Origin: Escherichia phage vB_EcoM_CUA3
Sequence record: PP410321
Reading direction: 5' to 3' (one strand)
Length of the DNA: 64,000 nt
Part shown: positions 31,638 through 43,257 of the stretch, piece after piece
Numbering within the stretch: position 1 is the first letter of the stretch
How the letters are laid out: each line of letters opens with the position of its first letter
Program-made: the position numbers and the translations under genes
Notes under the pieces: model-generated
Databases searched by the model: none
What the model was told of the DNA's origin: nothing
What the model saw: the letters and a program-made list of their open reading frames with translations, nothing else

Positions 31638-32785
31638 TACTCTATCACAATTTCTTTCAAATATTTTTCAGGGATTTGGGCCTTATGATTTTTCAAGAAC
31701 ACAGAGTTAATCTGGTCTACGACCGTATCATAATTAATACCGCCTACGTACGCCTGCATAAGAATAGAGAACAGCCCTGGGAAGTCTTTGAGGATTAACT
31801 GACCTGTAACAGCGTAGTCCTTACGGTCACGACCCTTGAGCTGAGAATATGCTGCTTCTAACAAAGCCAATGACTGTTCTAAGTAGTCTAAATGGATACG
31901 TTCAAATGCGTTGATTTTCTCAATAGCAAACGAATCTGTGCTGAACAAACCTCGGAGGTCATCAGTTCCGCCAGCCACTACAACTTCAAACAAACGCTCG
32001 TTATTGTTAATGGAATCTTTGGTATGATGTAGTGCGCTATACCAAGCGGTTTTGAGTTTAAAGAAAGTGCCATCTTTAAGTACAAAGATAAAGCCTTCAA
32101 TACCCTCTTGTTTGCGAATGTTGTCAACAAAATCGCCTTCAGAGAGTTCGTAGCTTTTAACCAAATGCTTACGCAGGGCGCCATCTTTAAACAGTTCAGA
32201 GTAAGGGATATACTCACCCGTTTCGTTATTACGAACGTTCAGTAAGATAAGGTTTGTTTCTTGGTAAGCCAGCACAATACGGTTAGTAGGCGAAACATAC
32301 TCGAGGTTGCATGTATACCCGGCTTTGGTGATTTCTTCTAAACGGGCCGCGAAGGCTTCGTTTTCAGGGAGACGAAGGAAACGTAAGGAATCATGCACCA
32401 TCGACGAATGGATAGAGCCTTTAGATTTAACGGAAAGATATTGTCTGTCCATGAAGGTAGAAATCAAGGAACCATCTTCCTTAGCCATTACGAGGTCGAT
32501 ATTTTCTTTTGATAAATCCAAACCGATAGTCAATGGGTTTTCATCGAGATTAAAGAACTTTTGCATAGGACGAGCAGCGATACGTACAGGACCGTTCTCG
32601 TCCATCTCAAACATAATGCCTCGACACTCTAGCGCGCCGTCTTCCAACCAATCACTGTACGATGCATAGTTATAACTAAAGATGCGATAGTTGACTCCTA
32701 GCGCACTCTGGAAGTCTTTAAAGAAGAACTTAGATTTAGTTGAGTTTTTAACCAAAGCCATCAAGTTATCATATAATTCAATCAT
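31637..32785 (-). CDS. rnlA: RNA ligase 1
   Basis: 382 aa; adenylation motif KEDGSL; collinear with T4 Rnl1. Confidence 0.9.
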   Translation of the reverse strand: MIELYDNLMALVKNSTKSKFFFKDFQSALGVNYRIFSYNYASYSDWLEDGALECRGIMFEMDENGPVRIAARPMQKFFNLDENPLTIGLDLSKENIDLVMAKEDGSLISTFMDRQYLSVKSKGSIHSSMVHDSLRFLRLPENEAFAARLEEITKAGYTCNLEYVSPTNRIVLAYQETNLILLNVRNNETGEYIPYSELFKDGALRKHLVKSYELSEGDFVDNIRKQEGIEGFIFVLKDGTFFKLKTAWYSALHHTKDSINNNERLFEVVVAGGTDDLRGLFSTDSFAIEKINAFERIHLDYLEQSLALLEAAYSQLKGRDRKDYAVTGQLILKDFPGLFSILMQAYVGGINYDTVVDQINSVFLKNHKAQIPEKYLKEIVIE

Positions 32786-33195
32786 TGCTTTATCCTATGT
32801 TGGGTATTCCAAGGTGGATTAAATTTCTTTATGAACATTGGCTCTTCAAGAGACATGGTCTCAACTGACATAGTTCCAAGTTCGTTAGTCATCGACAGAT
32901 TAAAGCACTGTCTAGCATAGAACTCTACCTTTTTACCTGCCATTAACGCTTCATGAATCAGAATGGACTTGGTCGAATCCGACGTTTGGTCCTTACGATT
33001 AATAGCGGTTCGGTAGTAGTTGATGCGTTTACGAAGATTTTTGGTCTTCCCGATGTAGACTAGTATATCATCAACCGCTATAGCATATATGACATTTTGT
33101 TTATTTGGAACCGTGATAGGGGCTATAGTAGCATCTGTTTGGAGCTCCAGTGTAACGTACTTGATAAAGCTAAATTCATCTGCGATTTCTTTCAT
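32782..33195 (-). CDS. denA: Endonuclease II (GIY-YIG-like)
   Basis: 137 aa from MKEIADEF; VYIGKT motif; ORF-track start 33219 would place a GC hairpin inside the coding region. Confidence 0.8.
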   Translation of the reverse strand: MKEIADEFSFIKYVTLELQTDATIAPITVPNKQNVIYAIAVDDILVYIGKTKNLRKRINYYRTAINRKDQTSDSTKSILIHEALMAGKKVEFYARQCFNLSMTNELGTMSVETMSLEEPMFIKKFNPPWNTQHRIKQ

Positions 33196-33203
33196 AGCAA
33201 TAA

Positions 33204-33217
33204 GGGGCCGAAGCCCC
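33204..33217 (-). promoter_or_regulatory. UUCG-tetraloop hairpin between nrdB and denA
   Basis: Minus strand GGGGC-UUCG-GCCCC. Confidence 0.5.
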
Positions 33218-33222
33218 ATTCC

Positions 33223-34392
33223 TTAAAAATATTTCTTGTATGACGCCATTACTTTTTCATCGACATCATTATCAATTTGTGCTACAAGGTAAGAACTGAT
33301 TTCCACTTCCTGAGGGGCAGCCTGTACAGAATCAGAGTTCAGGTATTCGCGAATCCAAGGGTAAGGATGGCGAGTAGGGGCATCAGTAATAGGACATGGT
33401 AAGCCACATTGCTTCATACGAGAAACTGTCAGGTAATCGACAAAAGCACCCATGTTCTGAGTATTTAATCCAGGGCAAGTACCATCTTTGAACAGGTGAG
33501 CGGCCCATTCTTTTTCTTGACGGTTAACTTCCATGAAAATATCAACTGCTTCTTGTTCGCATTCTTGAGCAATTTTAACCCATTCATCGCCATCAGTACC
33601 AAGTTGGAGTTGACGAATAATGTACTGAGTACCTTTAAGGTGAAGCTGTTCATCACGTGCAATGAACTTCATAATCTTAGCATTGCCTTCCATGATTTCC
33701 ATGTTCTTATGGAAGTTAAAGGTGCATGCGAAAGATACATAAAAGCGAATAGCTTCCAATGCGTTGATTACGTGCAGGCAAAGGTAAAGAGAACGCATTA
33801 GTTCGTATTTGGCAGTTTTAACACCTTCACTGAACTCATGGTATTCTTCTAAAGCATTTTGGTATTTACGGGTTTTCTCAATAACATCATCATAATAGCG
33901 ACCAATAGATTCAGCACGTTTCATGATAGCATCATCTAACAGAATTTCATCAAATACTTTAGATGGGTCTGTATAGAGGTTACGCATGATATGGGTATAT
34001 GAACGAGAGTGAATAGTCTCACTAAAGGTCCATGTAGCCACCCATGTATCAAGGCTAGGGTCCGAAATCAAGGCTTGAAGTGCAGCAGAAGGAGCACGCC
34101 CTTGGATACTGTCCAGAAGTGATTGATACTTCAGATTATTGGTAAAAATATTTTGTTGGAACTCTGGGAGCTTATTAAACTGGGCTGCATCCATCATCAA
34201 GTTAACTTCTTCAGGACGCCAGAAAAAACTCAACTGCTTTTCACAAAGCTCTTCGAATACTTTATGACGTTGGATATCGTAACGAGCAATACCCAATCCT
34301 GAACCAAAGAACATCGGTTCGACTAAAACATCAACTGGGGTAGTATTAAAAACTGTAGACATATTATTCTCAATTGTTAGTGACTCATCCAT
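33223..34392 (-). CDS. nrdB: Ribonucleotide reductase small subunit (aerobic), intron-less
   Basis: 389 aa continuous ORF with di-iron/tyrosyl radical family features; no intervening sequence. Confidence 0.95.
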   Translation of the reverse strand: MDESLTIENNMSTVFNTTPVDVLVEPMFFGSGLGIARYDIQRHKVFEELCEKQLSFFWRPEEVNLMMDAAQFNKLPEFQQNIFTNNLKYQSLLDSIQGRAPSAALQALISDPSLDTWVATWTFSETIHSRSYTHIMRNLYTDPSKVFDEILLDDAIMKRAESIGRYYDDVIEKTRKYQNALEEYHEFSEGVKTAKYELMRSLYLCLHVINALEAIRFYVSFACTFNFHKNMEIMEGNAKIMKFIARDEQLHLKGTQYIIRQLQLGTDGDEWVKIAQECEQEAVDIFMEVNRQEKEWAAHLFKDGTCPGLNTQNMGAFVDYLTVSRMKQCGLPCPITDAPTRHPYPWIREYLNSDSVQAAPQEVEISSYLVAQIDNDVDEKVMASYKKYF

Positions 34393-34415
34393 GAGTCAAT
34401 TATAATCAGATTTTA

Positions 34416-36671
34416 TTAAAGCTTACAAGCTGCGCAATCGTCGGCTTTAGGAGTTTCGATTTCGTAATCGTCAGTACCAGAGCCATCACGGGTGTTATGA
34501 TAATAAAGGTTCTTACCACCGTAGTACCAGAAATACAGAAGGTCATCAAGCATTACAGACATCGGAACTTTTCCTTTTGGAAAAATTTGTGGGTCGTAAT
34601 ATGTATTTGCTGATGCCGATTGACACACCCATTTCAACGCTATCGCCACTTGGGTAAGATAAGGTTTATTACCTTTCTTAGCGAGGGTCCAAGCGTAATC
34701 ATAAAGGCCTTGGTTATATTCTACATTAGGAACTACCTGACGGAAGTTACCTTCTTTAGATTCTTTAATACTTACCGGACCACGCGGAGGTTCGATACCG
34801 TTTGTAGAGTTGGAAACCTGGCTGCTTGATTCACATGGCATAAGTGCTGATAATGTGCTATTACGGATGCCATGTTTAGCCAAGTCTTCCCGCAACGTCG
34901 CCCAGTCACAAACATAGTTAGGGGCTGCGATTTGGTCAATCTTTTTATTGTACCAGTCGATAGGAAGCTCGCCTCGAGACCATTTAGTGTCTGAATAATA
35001 CTCGCAAGGTCCTTTTTCTTCGGCCAACTTGATTGATGCTCGGATAAGTCCATATTGTAATCTCTCAAACAGTTCATGAGTTAAATCGTTTGCGTCTTCA
35101 TAAGAAGCAAAGTTTGAAGCCAACCATGCAGCGTAGTTAGTAACACCAACACCCAAGTTACGACGTTTCTTAGCCTTCAGAGCTTCAGGAACAGGATAAT
35201 CTTGGTAGTCTAACAAGTTATCAAGTGCACGTACCTGGACTTCAGCGAGTTCGTTGATTTTGTCTTGGTCTTGCCAATCAAAGTTATCCAACACGAATGC
35301 AGACAAAGTACACAATCCGATTTCAGCGTCCGGACTATTCACGTCAGTAGTTGGGATAGCAATTTCACAACACAAGTTGCTCTGGCGAATAGGAGCTTTC
35401 TCACGAATAAATGGTGTGAAGTTGTTAGTGTTATCAACGAACTGTGGATAAATTCGTGCAGTGCCTGAACGTTCGGTCATGAACAATTCGAAGAGGTCGC
35501 GTGCTTTAATACGTTTCTTACGAATACTAGGGTCTTTTTCAGCCGCTTCATACAATTCACGGAAACGTTCTTGGTCTTCGAAATAAGAATAATAAAGCTC
35601 ACCACCCATTTCATGAGGACTGAACAACGTGATGTAATCATTCTTACCGAAACGTTCCATCATAAGGTCGTTCAACTGGATTCCGTAGTCCATATGACGA
35701 ATACGGTTCTCATCGACGCCTTTGTTATTTTTCAGAACGAGCAGATTTTCAACTTCCAAATGCCAAATAGGATAATAAGCAGTAGCAGCGCCGCCACGGA
35801 TTCCACCTTGTGAACATGATTTAACAGCAGTCTGGAAATGCTTCCAGAATGGAATAACACCGGTATGTTTGACTTCACCCATGCCAATACGAGAACCTTC
35901 AGCACGAATCATACCAACGTTGATACCAATACCTGCACGTTTAGAAATGTATTCAATTATTGAGTTCGCAGTTTTGTTAATAGATTTCAGCGAGTCACCT
36001 GCTTCAATAACAACACAAGAACTAAATTGACGGGTTGGAGTACGTGCTCCGGCCATAATAGGAGTAGGCAACGAAACCTGACGAGTACTTACAGCGTCAT
36101 AAAAACGAATAATATGTGCTAAACGGTTACCTGGCTCGTCTTGGTGTAAGGCCATACCAATACACATGATAGCGAACTGAGGAGTTTCATAGATTTTACC
36201 GGTTGTTTTATCTTTAACCAGATATTTCTCTTTCAGCTGCATTGCACCAGCATAGGTTAATTCGAAATCGCGTTCATGCTTGATATGAGATTCTAAGAAA
36301 GTAATTTCTTCTGCAGAATATCGAGACAGCAATTCAGGGTCATATTTACCTTCGTTAACACAATAGGAAATATGGTCAATAAAACTACGCGGTTCAAACT
36401 GGCCGTAAACTTCTTTACGCAGTGCAAACATCAATTGCTTTGCAGCAACATACTGATAGTCAGGCTCTTCAACCGAGATAAGGTTGGCTGCTACCTTAAC
36501 AGTCAGATTTTGGATATCTTTGGTAGTCATACCATCACGAAGGTGGGTTTTGATTTCTTCATATAATTCATAGGGGTCGATTTGGGTTCCTTCACAACCC
36601 CAAGTCAGAACTTTAATAATTTTTTGTGCGTCAAAATCTTGGGATACACCACTACTCTTTTGTACTTGCAT
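34416..36671 (-). CDS. nrdA: Ribonucleotide reductase large subunit (aerobic)
   Basis: 751 aa continuous ORF; class I RNR active-site region NLCCEI...CESSSQ. Confidence 0.95.
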   Translation of the reverse strand: MQVQKSSGVSQDFDAQKIIKVLTWGCEGTQIDPYELYEEIKTHLRDGMTTKDIQNLTVKVAANLISVEEPDYQYVAAKQLMFALRKEVYGQFEPRSFIDHISYCVNEGKYDPELLSRYSAEEITFLESHIKHERDFELTYAGAMQLKEKYLVKDKTTGKIYETPQFAIMCIGMALHQDEPGNRLAHIIRFYDAVSTRQVSLPTPIMAGARTPTRQFSSCVVIEAGDSLKSINKTANSIIEYISKRAGIGINVGMIRAEGSRIGMGEVKHTGVIPFWKHFQTAVKSCSQGGIRGGAATAYYPIWHLEVENLLVLKNNKGVDENRIRHMDYGIQLNDLMMERFGKNDYITLFSPHEMGGELYYSYFEDQERFRELYEAAEKDPSIRKKRIKARDLFELFMTERSGTARIYPQFVDNTNNFTPFIREKAPIRQSNLCCEIAIPTTDVNSPDAEIGLCTLSAFVLDNFDWQDQDKINELAEVQVRALDNLLDYQDYPVPEALKAKKRRNLGVGVTNYAAWLASNFASYEDANDLTHELFERLQYGLIRASIKLAEEKGPCEYYSDTKWSRGELPIDWYNKKIDQIAAPNYVCDWATLREDLAKHGIRNSTLSALMPCESSSQVSNSTNGIEPPRGPVSIKESKEGNFRQVVPNVEYNQGLYDYAWTLAKKGNKPYLTQVAIALKWVCQSASANTYYDPQIFPKGKVPMSVMLDDLLYFWYYGGKNLYYHNTRDGSGTDDYEIETPKADDCAACKL

Positions 36672-37092
36672 AATTTCCTCAATATGTTAGGTTCTACATC
36701 TATAATAACATAGAACCTGTTAAGCATGGACTGATATTTATAGNNNNNNNNNNNNNNNNNNNNNNNNNNNNNNNNNNNNNNNNNNNNNNNNNNNNNNNNN
36801 NNNNNNNNNNNNNNNNNNNNNNNNNNNNNNNNNNNNNNNNNNNNNNNNNNNNNNNNNNNNNNNNNNNNNNNNNNNNNNNNNNNNNNNNNNNNNNNNNNNN
36901 NNNNNNNNNNNNNNNNNNNNNNNNNNNNNNNNNNNNNNNNNNNNNNNNNNNNNNNNNNNNNNNNNNNNNNNNNNNNNNNNNNNNNNNNNNNNNNNNNNNN
37001 NNNNNNNNNNNNNNNNNNNNNNNNNNNNNNNNNNNNNNNNAAATTCAGCCCAATCATAATAACCAAAAATAAGGTACCAGCAATTTGAATTT

Positions 37093-37949
37093 TCATACAG
37101 CCATCTTAGCCTTAATAGTAGGGTGTGATTCATAACCNNNNNNNNNNNNNNNNNNNNNNNNNNNNNNNNNNNNNNNNNNNNNNNNNNNNNNNNNNNNNNN
37201 NNNNNNNNNNNNNNNNNNNNAATTAATTTCCAGTTCACAAAGCTCTTTAGGCTCACGACGAAGAACTTCTTGGCATTGTTCAACGTGATTAGAATAGATG
37301 TGCGTATTGCCGCCTGAGAACACTAAATCGCCCGGAATAAGATTACACATCTTAGCTACAATATGCACAAGAGCGGCGTAAGAGGCGATATTAAATGGCA
37401 ATCCTAAGAACACGTCAACAGAACGTTGGTACCACTGGAGGTCAAGATGTCCATTACGAACGTTGAACTGGTAAAAACAATGGCACGGTGGAAGAGCCAT
37501 CCGGTTGATTTCAGCCGGGTTCCATGCGGATACGATTTGACGTCGGTCATTAGGCATCTTTTTAATACGGTTGATGATTTCTACAACCTGGTCGACACCA
37601 CCAAAATCTCGCCATTGTTTCCCATATACCGGACCGAGTTCACCACTATGATAACCTAGGTCTTTGGCCTGATTTTCATAGTTCTCGTCCCAAATAGTTT
37701 TGCCATCAATTAATGAACCGTGAGTACGGAAACGAAGGTCATTAACGTTAGTTGAACCCGAAAGGAACCAAAGGAGTTCAGCAATACAGGCTTTCCATGC
37801 TAATTTTTTAGTTGTTACCGCAGGAAAGCCTTTAGTTAAATCAAAACGTAATTTAGTACCGAACAGTGCAATTGTACCAGTGCCGGTACGGTCGTCGGTT
37901 TCGTAGCCATTTTCCAGGATATCTTTAATTAAAAATTGGTATTGTTTCA

Positions 37950-37950
<1 letters not shown>
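37093..37950 (-). CDS. td: Thymidylate synthase, intron-less
   Basis: Start MKQYQ at ATG 37950; active-site PPCH; 83 nt mask inside but frame continuous; ORF-track TTG extension not used. Confidence 0.95.
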
Positions 37951-39567
<1,617 letters not shown>

Positions 39568-39593
39568 TTTATTCTCCTCAAGTTGATAAGGCT

Positions 39594-39623
39594 ATAGTAT
39601 CACTACCATAGCCTTAGGTAAAC
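39594..39623 (-). promoter_or_regulatory. Early promoter (GTTTAC, 18 nt, TACTAT)
   Basis: Conserved cassette ...GTTTACctaaggctatggtagtgaTACTATagcc. Confidence 0.5.
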
Positions 39624-39625
39624 AC

Positions 39626-39853
39626 TTATTTTTGAATTAAGCCCATATAAAATTCAGCGTCTTCAGCATGCATACCATCGCAATATTCATCAGCCATAAA
39701 GCGGGTAAGGTCTTCAAGAGGACCTTGAACTTCAATTTGCATACTAAAGAATTGTGTGTCTTTGATATAAGTCATAGTCAAAGAAGGATAACGATTACGG
39801 ATAACTTCGTAAGTGTATTCAAAATCAACGATATCGATATTAACCTTAGCCAT
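39626..39853 (-). CDS. Hypothetical protein
   Basis: 75 aa from MAKVNIDIV with GAGGAAAAT RBS; ORF-track start 39871 lies in leader. Confidence 0.5.
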   Translation of the reverse strand: MAKVNIDIVDFEYTYEVIRNRYPSLTMTYIKDTQFFSMQIEVQGPLEDLTRFMADEYCDGMHAEDAEFYMGLIQK

Positions 39854-39885
39854 TTTATTTTCCTCACTCATTAGTTGATAGGTCT

Positions 39886-39914
39886 ATAGTATCATGCCTA
39901 TAGACCTTGTAAAC
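39886..39914 (-). promoter_or_regulatory. Early promoter (GTTTAC, 17 nt, TACTAT)
   Basis: GTTTACaaggtctataggcatgaTACTATagacctatcaactaatgag. Confidence 0.55.
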
Positions 39915-39916
39915 AC

Positions 39917-40177
39917 TTATTTTTGAATTTTATCGAGCCACTTACCGAGTTTAATCATTTCCTTAGTGGCTTTTTCCATACTTCTGAATTTAACCAGTAA
40001 AGGTTGGGCATCAACACCCATAACCAAAGTGGTTACAAGACTATGTTCACCTACAAGCCATAACGAATACGTTTGAATATCGAGCCCGTAATTTCGGTCT
40101 TTATGGACCCGTACACCCATTACTTCAAATTTCTCACTGGCTTTTTCTACTGCATCCAGGAAATCATCTTTGGTCAT
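39917..40177 (-). CDS. Hypothetical protein
   Basis: 86 aa from MTKDDFLD; upstream in-frame extension overlaps neighbouring gene. Confidence 0.45.
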   Translation of the reverse strand: MTKDDFLDAVEKASEKFEVMGVRVHKDRNYGLDIQTYSLWLVGEHSLVTTLVMGVDAQPLLVKFRSMEKATKEMIKLGKWLDKIQK

Positions 40178-40178
40178 A

Positions 40179-40562
40179 TTAGGCCTTAAAAGTTTTTTGC
40201 AAAAGTTCAATGATTTGGTCGACGTTCTGTTCAGTGACAATGCAATGGATTTGGGTCACGCCAGCCTTAGTAACAGGTTCGTCAACTTCATCTTGTTCGA
40301 CGTATTCACGGAAGCAATAGAACTCATCTTCATGCAATTCAAAATATTCCTCTAGTGTCCCGTCTGAACTAAAAACCTCACCATTCGCACATTTGATTTT
40401 AGTTACAAATTCGTCCCCATCCGAGGTCATAACGTCCTTTACTTCAAACCAGCCACCGTTTTCTTGGATAATATCGACCATATCATTATTATTGATAGGG
40501 CTGATATTGATAAAAGATTTGATACGCTCAGGACGAAGTTCGTATTTTTTACCGATTTCCAT
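40179..40562 (-). CDS. Hypothetical acidic protein, paralog A
   Basis: MEIGKKYELRP...ELLQKTFKA; paralogous to 40567-40938. Confidence 0.5.
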   Translation of the reverse strand: MEIGKKYELRPERIKSFINISPINNNDMVDIIQENGGWFEVKDVMTSDGDEFVTKIKCANGEVFSSDGTLEEYFELHEDEFYCFREYVEQDEVDEPVTKAGVTQIHCIVTEQNVDQIIELLQKTFKA

Positions 40563-40566
40563 TTTT

Positions 40567-40938
40567 TTAAATTCCAAAGGTAGATTTAATCAAGGCAACA
40601 ACTTCTGCCGCATTTTTGTGATTTACCTGTACATTGATAGTTTGGATATCAACAGCAGGAGCATCGCCATCAACTTCCAGGAAGTGGCAGAATTCCCATT
40701 CACCAAGTTCAAAGTACTCATCAACATCACCCATACTATTCAGGATGGTGCCATCTTTCATTTCAACTTTTTCAACAAAATAATCGCCATCAATATAGCA
40801 CATATCCAGGACTTTGAAGGAATTACCATGTTGTTCCATCNATCNNNNNATNCGCGNNNNNNAATTGTCATCAGGACTACCAGCGATGAATTGTTTTTTG
40901 GCAGCAGGGTCTAATACGTAAAATTTACCGATTTCCAT
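40567..40938 (-). CDS. Hypothetical acidic protein, paralog B
   Basis: MEIGKFYVLDP...ALIKSTFGI; shares termini and EYFEL motif with paralog A. Confidence 0.5.
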   Translation of the reverse strand: MEIGKFYVLDPAAKKQFIAGSPDDNXXXXXXXXMEQHGNSFKVLDMCYIDGDYFVEKVEMKDGTILNSMGDVDEYFELGEWEFCHFLEVDGDAPAVDIQTINVQVNHKNAAEVVALIKSTFGI

Positions 40939-40967
40939 TTTTATTTCCTCATGTAGTTGATAGGTCT

Positions 40968-40996
40968 ATAGTATCATGTTTAAAGGCATTGTAAAC
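40968..40996 (-). promoter_or_regulatory. Early promoter (GTTTAC, 17 nt, TACTAT)
   Basis: GTTTACaatgcctttaaacatgaTACTATagacctatcaactacatgagg. Confidence 0.55.
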
Positions 40997-41048
40997 CATT
41001 AAATGCCAAAAAGGGAAGACCGAAGTCTTCCCATTATAAATCAATAAC

Positions 41049-41954
41049 TTATAGACCAGCTAACAGGTCGTCCAGACCATCGTCATCAGAAGGACTTACT
41101 GATGGTTCAGGAGTAGTGGAACGGGTCGGTGTAGACGGTTTGGAATCATATGCATCAAGGTCTGCACTGAATGCGTCCAGGTCATCACCAATCTTATCAG
41201 CAGCTGCAGAAGCTTTAGCGGCAGCACCACCAAGAGCAGCAGTACCAACAACTTTCTTAAACTTGGCTTCGTTAGTTTCAAAGGATTTGAACTCGAGCAG
41301 TTTAGAAAGGTCGTGCATTTCTTCCATCAATTTAGCTTGGTAAGCTTCATCATTGATGTTAGGAATTTCAGACTGACCCATGAATTTGGAATCGTCGTAG
41401 TTTTTGAAGTCACCAACTTTCTTAGATTTCAGTACGAAGTTAGCACCATCAAACGGACATGTTACGTCAACCGGCACTTCACCAATATCGGTATCAACTT
41501 CAACCATCTGGTTGATTTTATCCATAATTTTCTGACCGAAACGGAATTTAAACACTTTACCTTCGTTAGCAGGCACTGCACTATCCTTAATAACAAGGAT
41601 GTTAGCCCAGAAGGAAGTTTTACGTTTCATCAGTTTGTATTCGGCGTTATTGGTATTATAGGTATCGTTCTGGTTCATGTATTTACATACAGGACAAGAA
41701 TCGAAATCACCGTGAGTAGACGTACAGTTTTCAATGTACCATTGACCATTTTTCTTAAAGCCGTGGTTAACGAGCTTAACGAATGGAGATGGATTTTCTT
41801 CGTTTTTCGAAGGTAGGAAACGAATTACCGCAGTACCAACACCATTGTCGTCTTTCAATTTCCATTCAGCTTTATCATCGGAAGAGAAAGAAGAGCCACC
41901 TTTCATTGCAGACAGTTGAGCAGCCAGTTGGGAAGGGTCTTTACGTTTGAACAT
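41049..41954 (-). CDS. 32: Single-stranded DNA-binding protein gp32
   Basis: 301 aa, same length as T4 gp32; collinear core; acidic C-terminal tail. Confidence 0.95.
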   Translation of the reverse strand: MFKRKDPSQLAAQLSAMKGGSSFSSDDKAEWKLKDDNGVGTAVIRFLPSKNEENPSPFVKLVNHGFKKNGQWYIENCTSTHGDFDSCPVCKYMNQNDTYNTNNAEYKLMKRKTSFWANILVIKDSAVPANEGKVFKFRFGQKIMDKINQMVEVDTDIGEVPVDVTCPFDGANFVLKSKKVGDFKNYDDSKFMGQSEIPNINDEAYQAKLMEEMHDLSKLLEFKSFETNEAKFKKVVGTAALGGAAAKASAAADKIGDDLDAFSADLDAYDSKPSTPTRSTTPEPSVSPSDDDGLDDLLAGL

Positions 41955-42019
41955 ATTATTTACCTTAGCAGATTTTAGCAGTTGTATTTTATTAACAGTT
42001 TTTAACAGATTAAGTTAGT

Positions 42020-42044
42020 ATATTAACACATTTGATATGAAGCA
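42020..42044 (-). promoter_or_regulatory. Possible MotA-box middle promoter for gene 32
   Basis: Minus strand ATGCTTCA + 12 nt + TAATAT. Confidence 0.35.
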
Positions 42045-42698
42045 TTAAAACTTACAAGATTTGATAGTTTCAATGAACAATTTACGAGCTTCTAAATTAT
42101 CGATTATAAGAATTTTCTTATAAGCATTTAATTTAGTCGAATACTTAGACCACACTAAATCGTTGGTCTGTTCATCATGTTTATTTATTATATCCATAAA
42201 TGAATCAAGCAAAATAAACGTTTCGAACGAAATAACATTCGATTGAAGGAGCTTAAAAATATAGCTCGAGTTAACTTTTTTATTATAATCAAAAATTTCA
42301 GAAAGCGCTTGAACTTCCACTTTCTTACTGAAATAATAGATGTTTTTGATATCATCCTCAAAAACTTGTTTTATTCTTTTAAGTCTACCGATATATTCTC
42401 GGTAAAAGACTAAGGCGTCAGCATCACTGATGTCGCCAATCCATGCGTCTTGGTTAGCCACCAAGTTACTCATGAAGATAAGAGCAAGCTCTTTCAAAGT
42501 GTATTTATCACTCAATTTCTCGAAGAAATATTTGTCACGACGTTTTTGGTAAGCCGTATCAGAGATTCGCATGACCCAGTTGTATTTGATAACGTCGTAT
42601 TTGGCGTTGAAGTGATGTTTGAGCATTAAGTATAGTGAATATACGCTCTTACCATTCACCATACGGTTATTGTTTGGTGGCATGCGAATCTTAATCAT
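42045..42698 (-). CDS. 59: gp59 helicase loader
   Basis: 217 aa, same length as T4 gp59, long collinear identity. Confidence 0.9.
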   Translation of the reverse strand: MIKIRMPPNNNRMVNGKSVYSLYLMLKHHFNAKYDVIKYNWVMRISDTAYQKRRDKYFFEKLSDKYTLKELALIFMSNLVANQDAWIGDISDADALVFYREYIGRLKRIKQVFEDDIKNIYYFSKKVEVQALSEIFDYNKKVNSSYIFKLLQSNVISFETFILLDSFMDIINKHDEQTNDLVWSKYSTKLNAYKKILIIDNLEARKLFIETIKSCKF

Positions 42699-42997
42699 AA
42701 CAAGAAATCCAGGGTATTAGTTTTTTGCGTTCGTGCCATTGAAGGACGAAGCAAGTTATCATCAATGGCCTCGTTCATAATTTTATCAATAATTCCTGCA
42801 GGCAAATAACGAGCAAAGTTACCTTCAGGGATGCTGTTCTCTTCCAACCATGCGGTAGCCGCTTCGAGATAGCTACATCCTTCAGCCTCAACAAAGGCCT
42901 CAATATCAAGGCCGTTCTGTTGTTTATTTACCAATACATGGACAGGTTCAGAAGCGGTATTAACCGCTCCATCAAAATCATTCAAAGATTGTGTCAT
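42695..42997 (-). CDS. 33: Late-transcription accessory protein gp33
   Basis: 100 aa acidic protein between 59 and dsbA (T4 synteny). Confidence 0.6.
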   Translation of the reverse strand: MTQSLNDFDGAVNTASEPVHVLVNKQQNGLDIEAFVEAEGCSYLEAATAWLEENSIPEGNFARYLPAGIIDKIMNEAIDDNLLRPSMARTQKTNTLDFLL

Positions 42998-43247
42998 ACA
43001 GTTCTACCACTTCAGTTTTTTCGTCTTCGAAACGTTCACGGGTGCCTTTATGATACAGGGAGAACAGCTGGTTAAACATTTTACCGTCGACACCAAGTTC
43101 AGTCTTAGCACGGTCTTTGATATCTTTAATTTCATCACCGTAGGCTTCCATTTTTAATTTAGTATCGGAAGCGGTTTTAATCAACTGGGCCAGGGTATTA
43201 CCATGTTCTTCTTGATTGAATTCAACTTTCACTTTTTCTTTAGCCAT
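42978..43247 (-). CDS. dsbA: DsbA dsDNA-binding protein
   Basis: Start MAKEKVKVEF; position between 33 and rnh. Confidence 0.7.
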   Translation of the reverse strand: MAKEKVKVEFNQEEHGNTLAQLIKTASDTKLKMEAYGDEIKDIKDRAKTELGVDGKMFNQLFSLYHKGTRERFEDEKTEVVELYDTIFE

Positions 43248-43257
43248 TATATTCACC

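Noticed and set aside
41313-41816. 167 aa plus-strand ORF
   Set aside because: Antisense inside gene 32.
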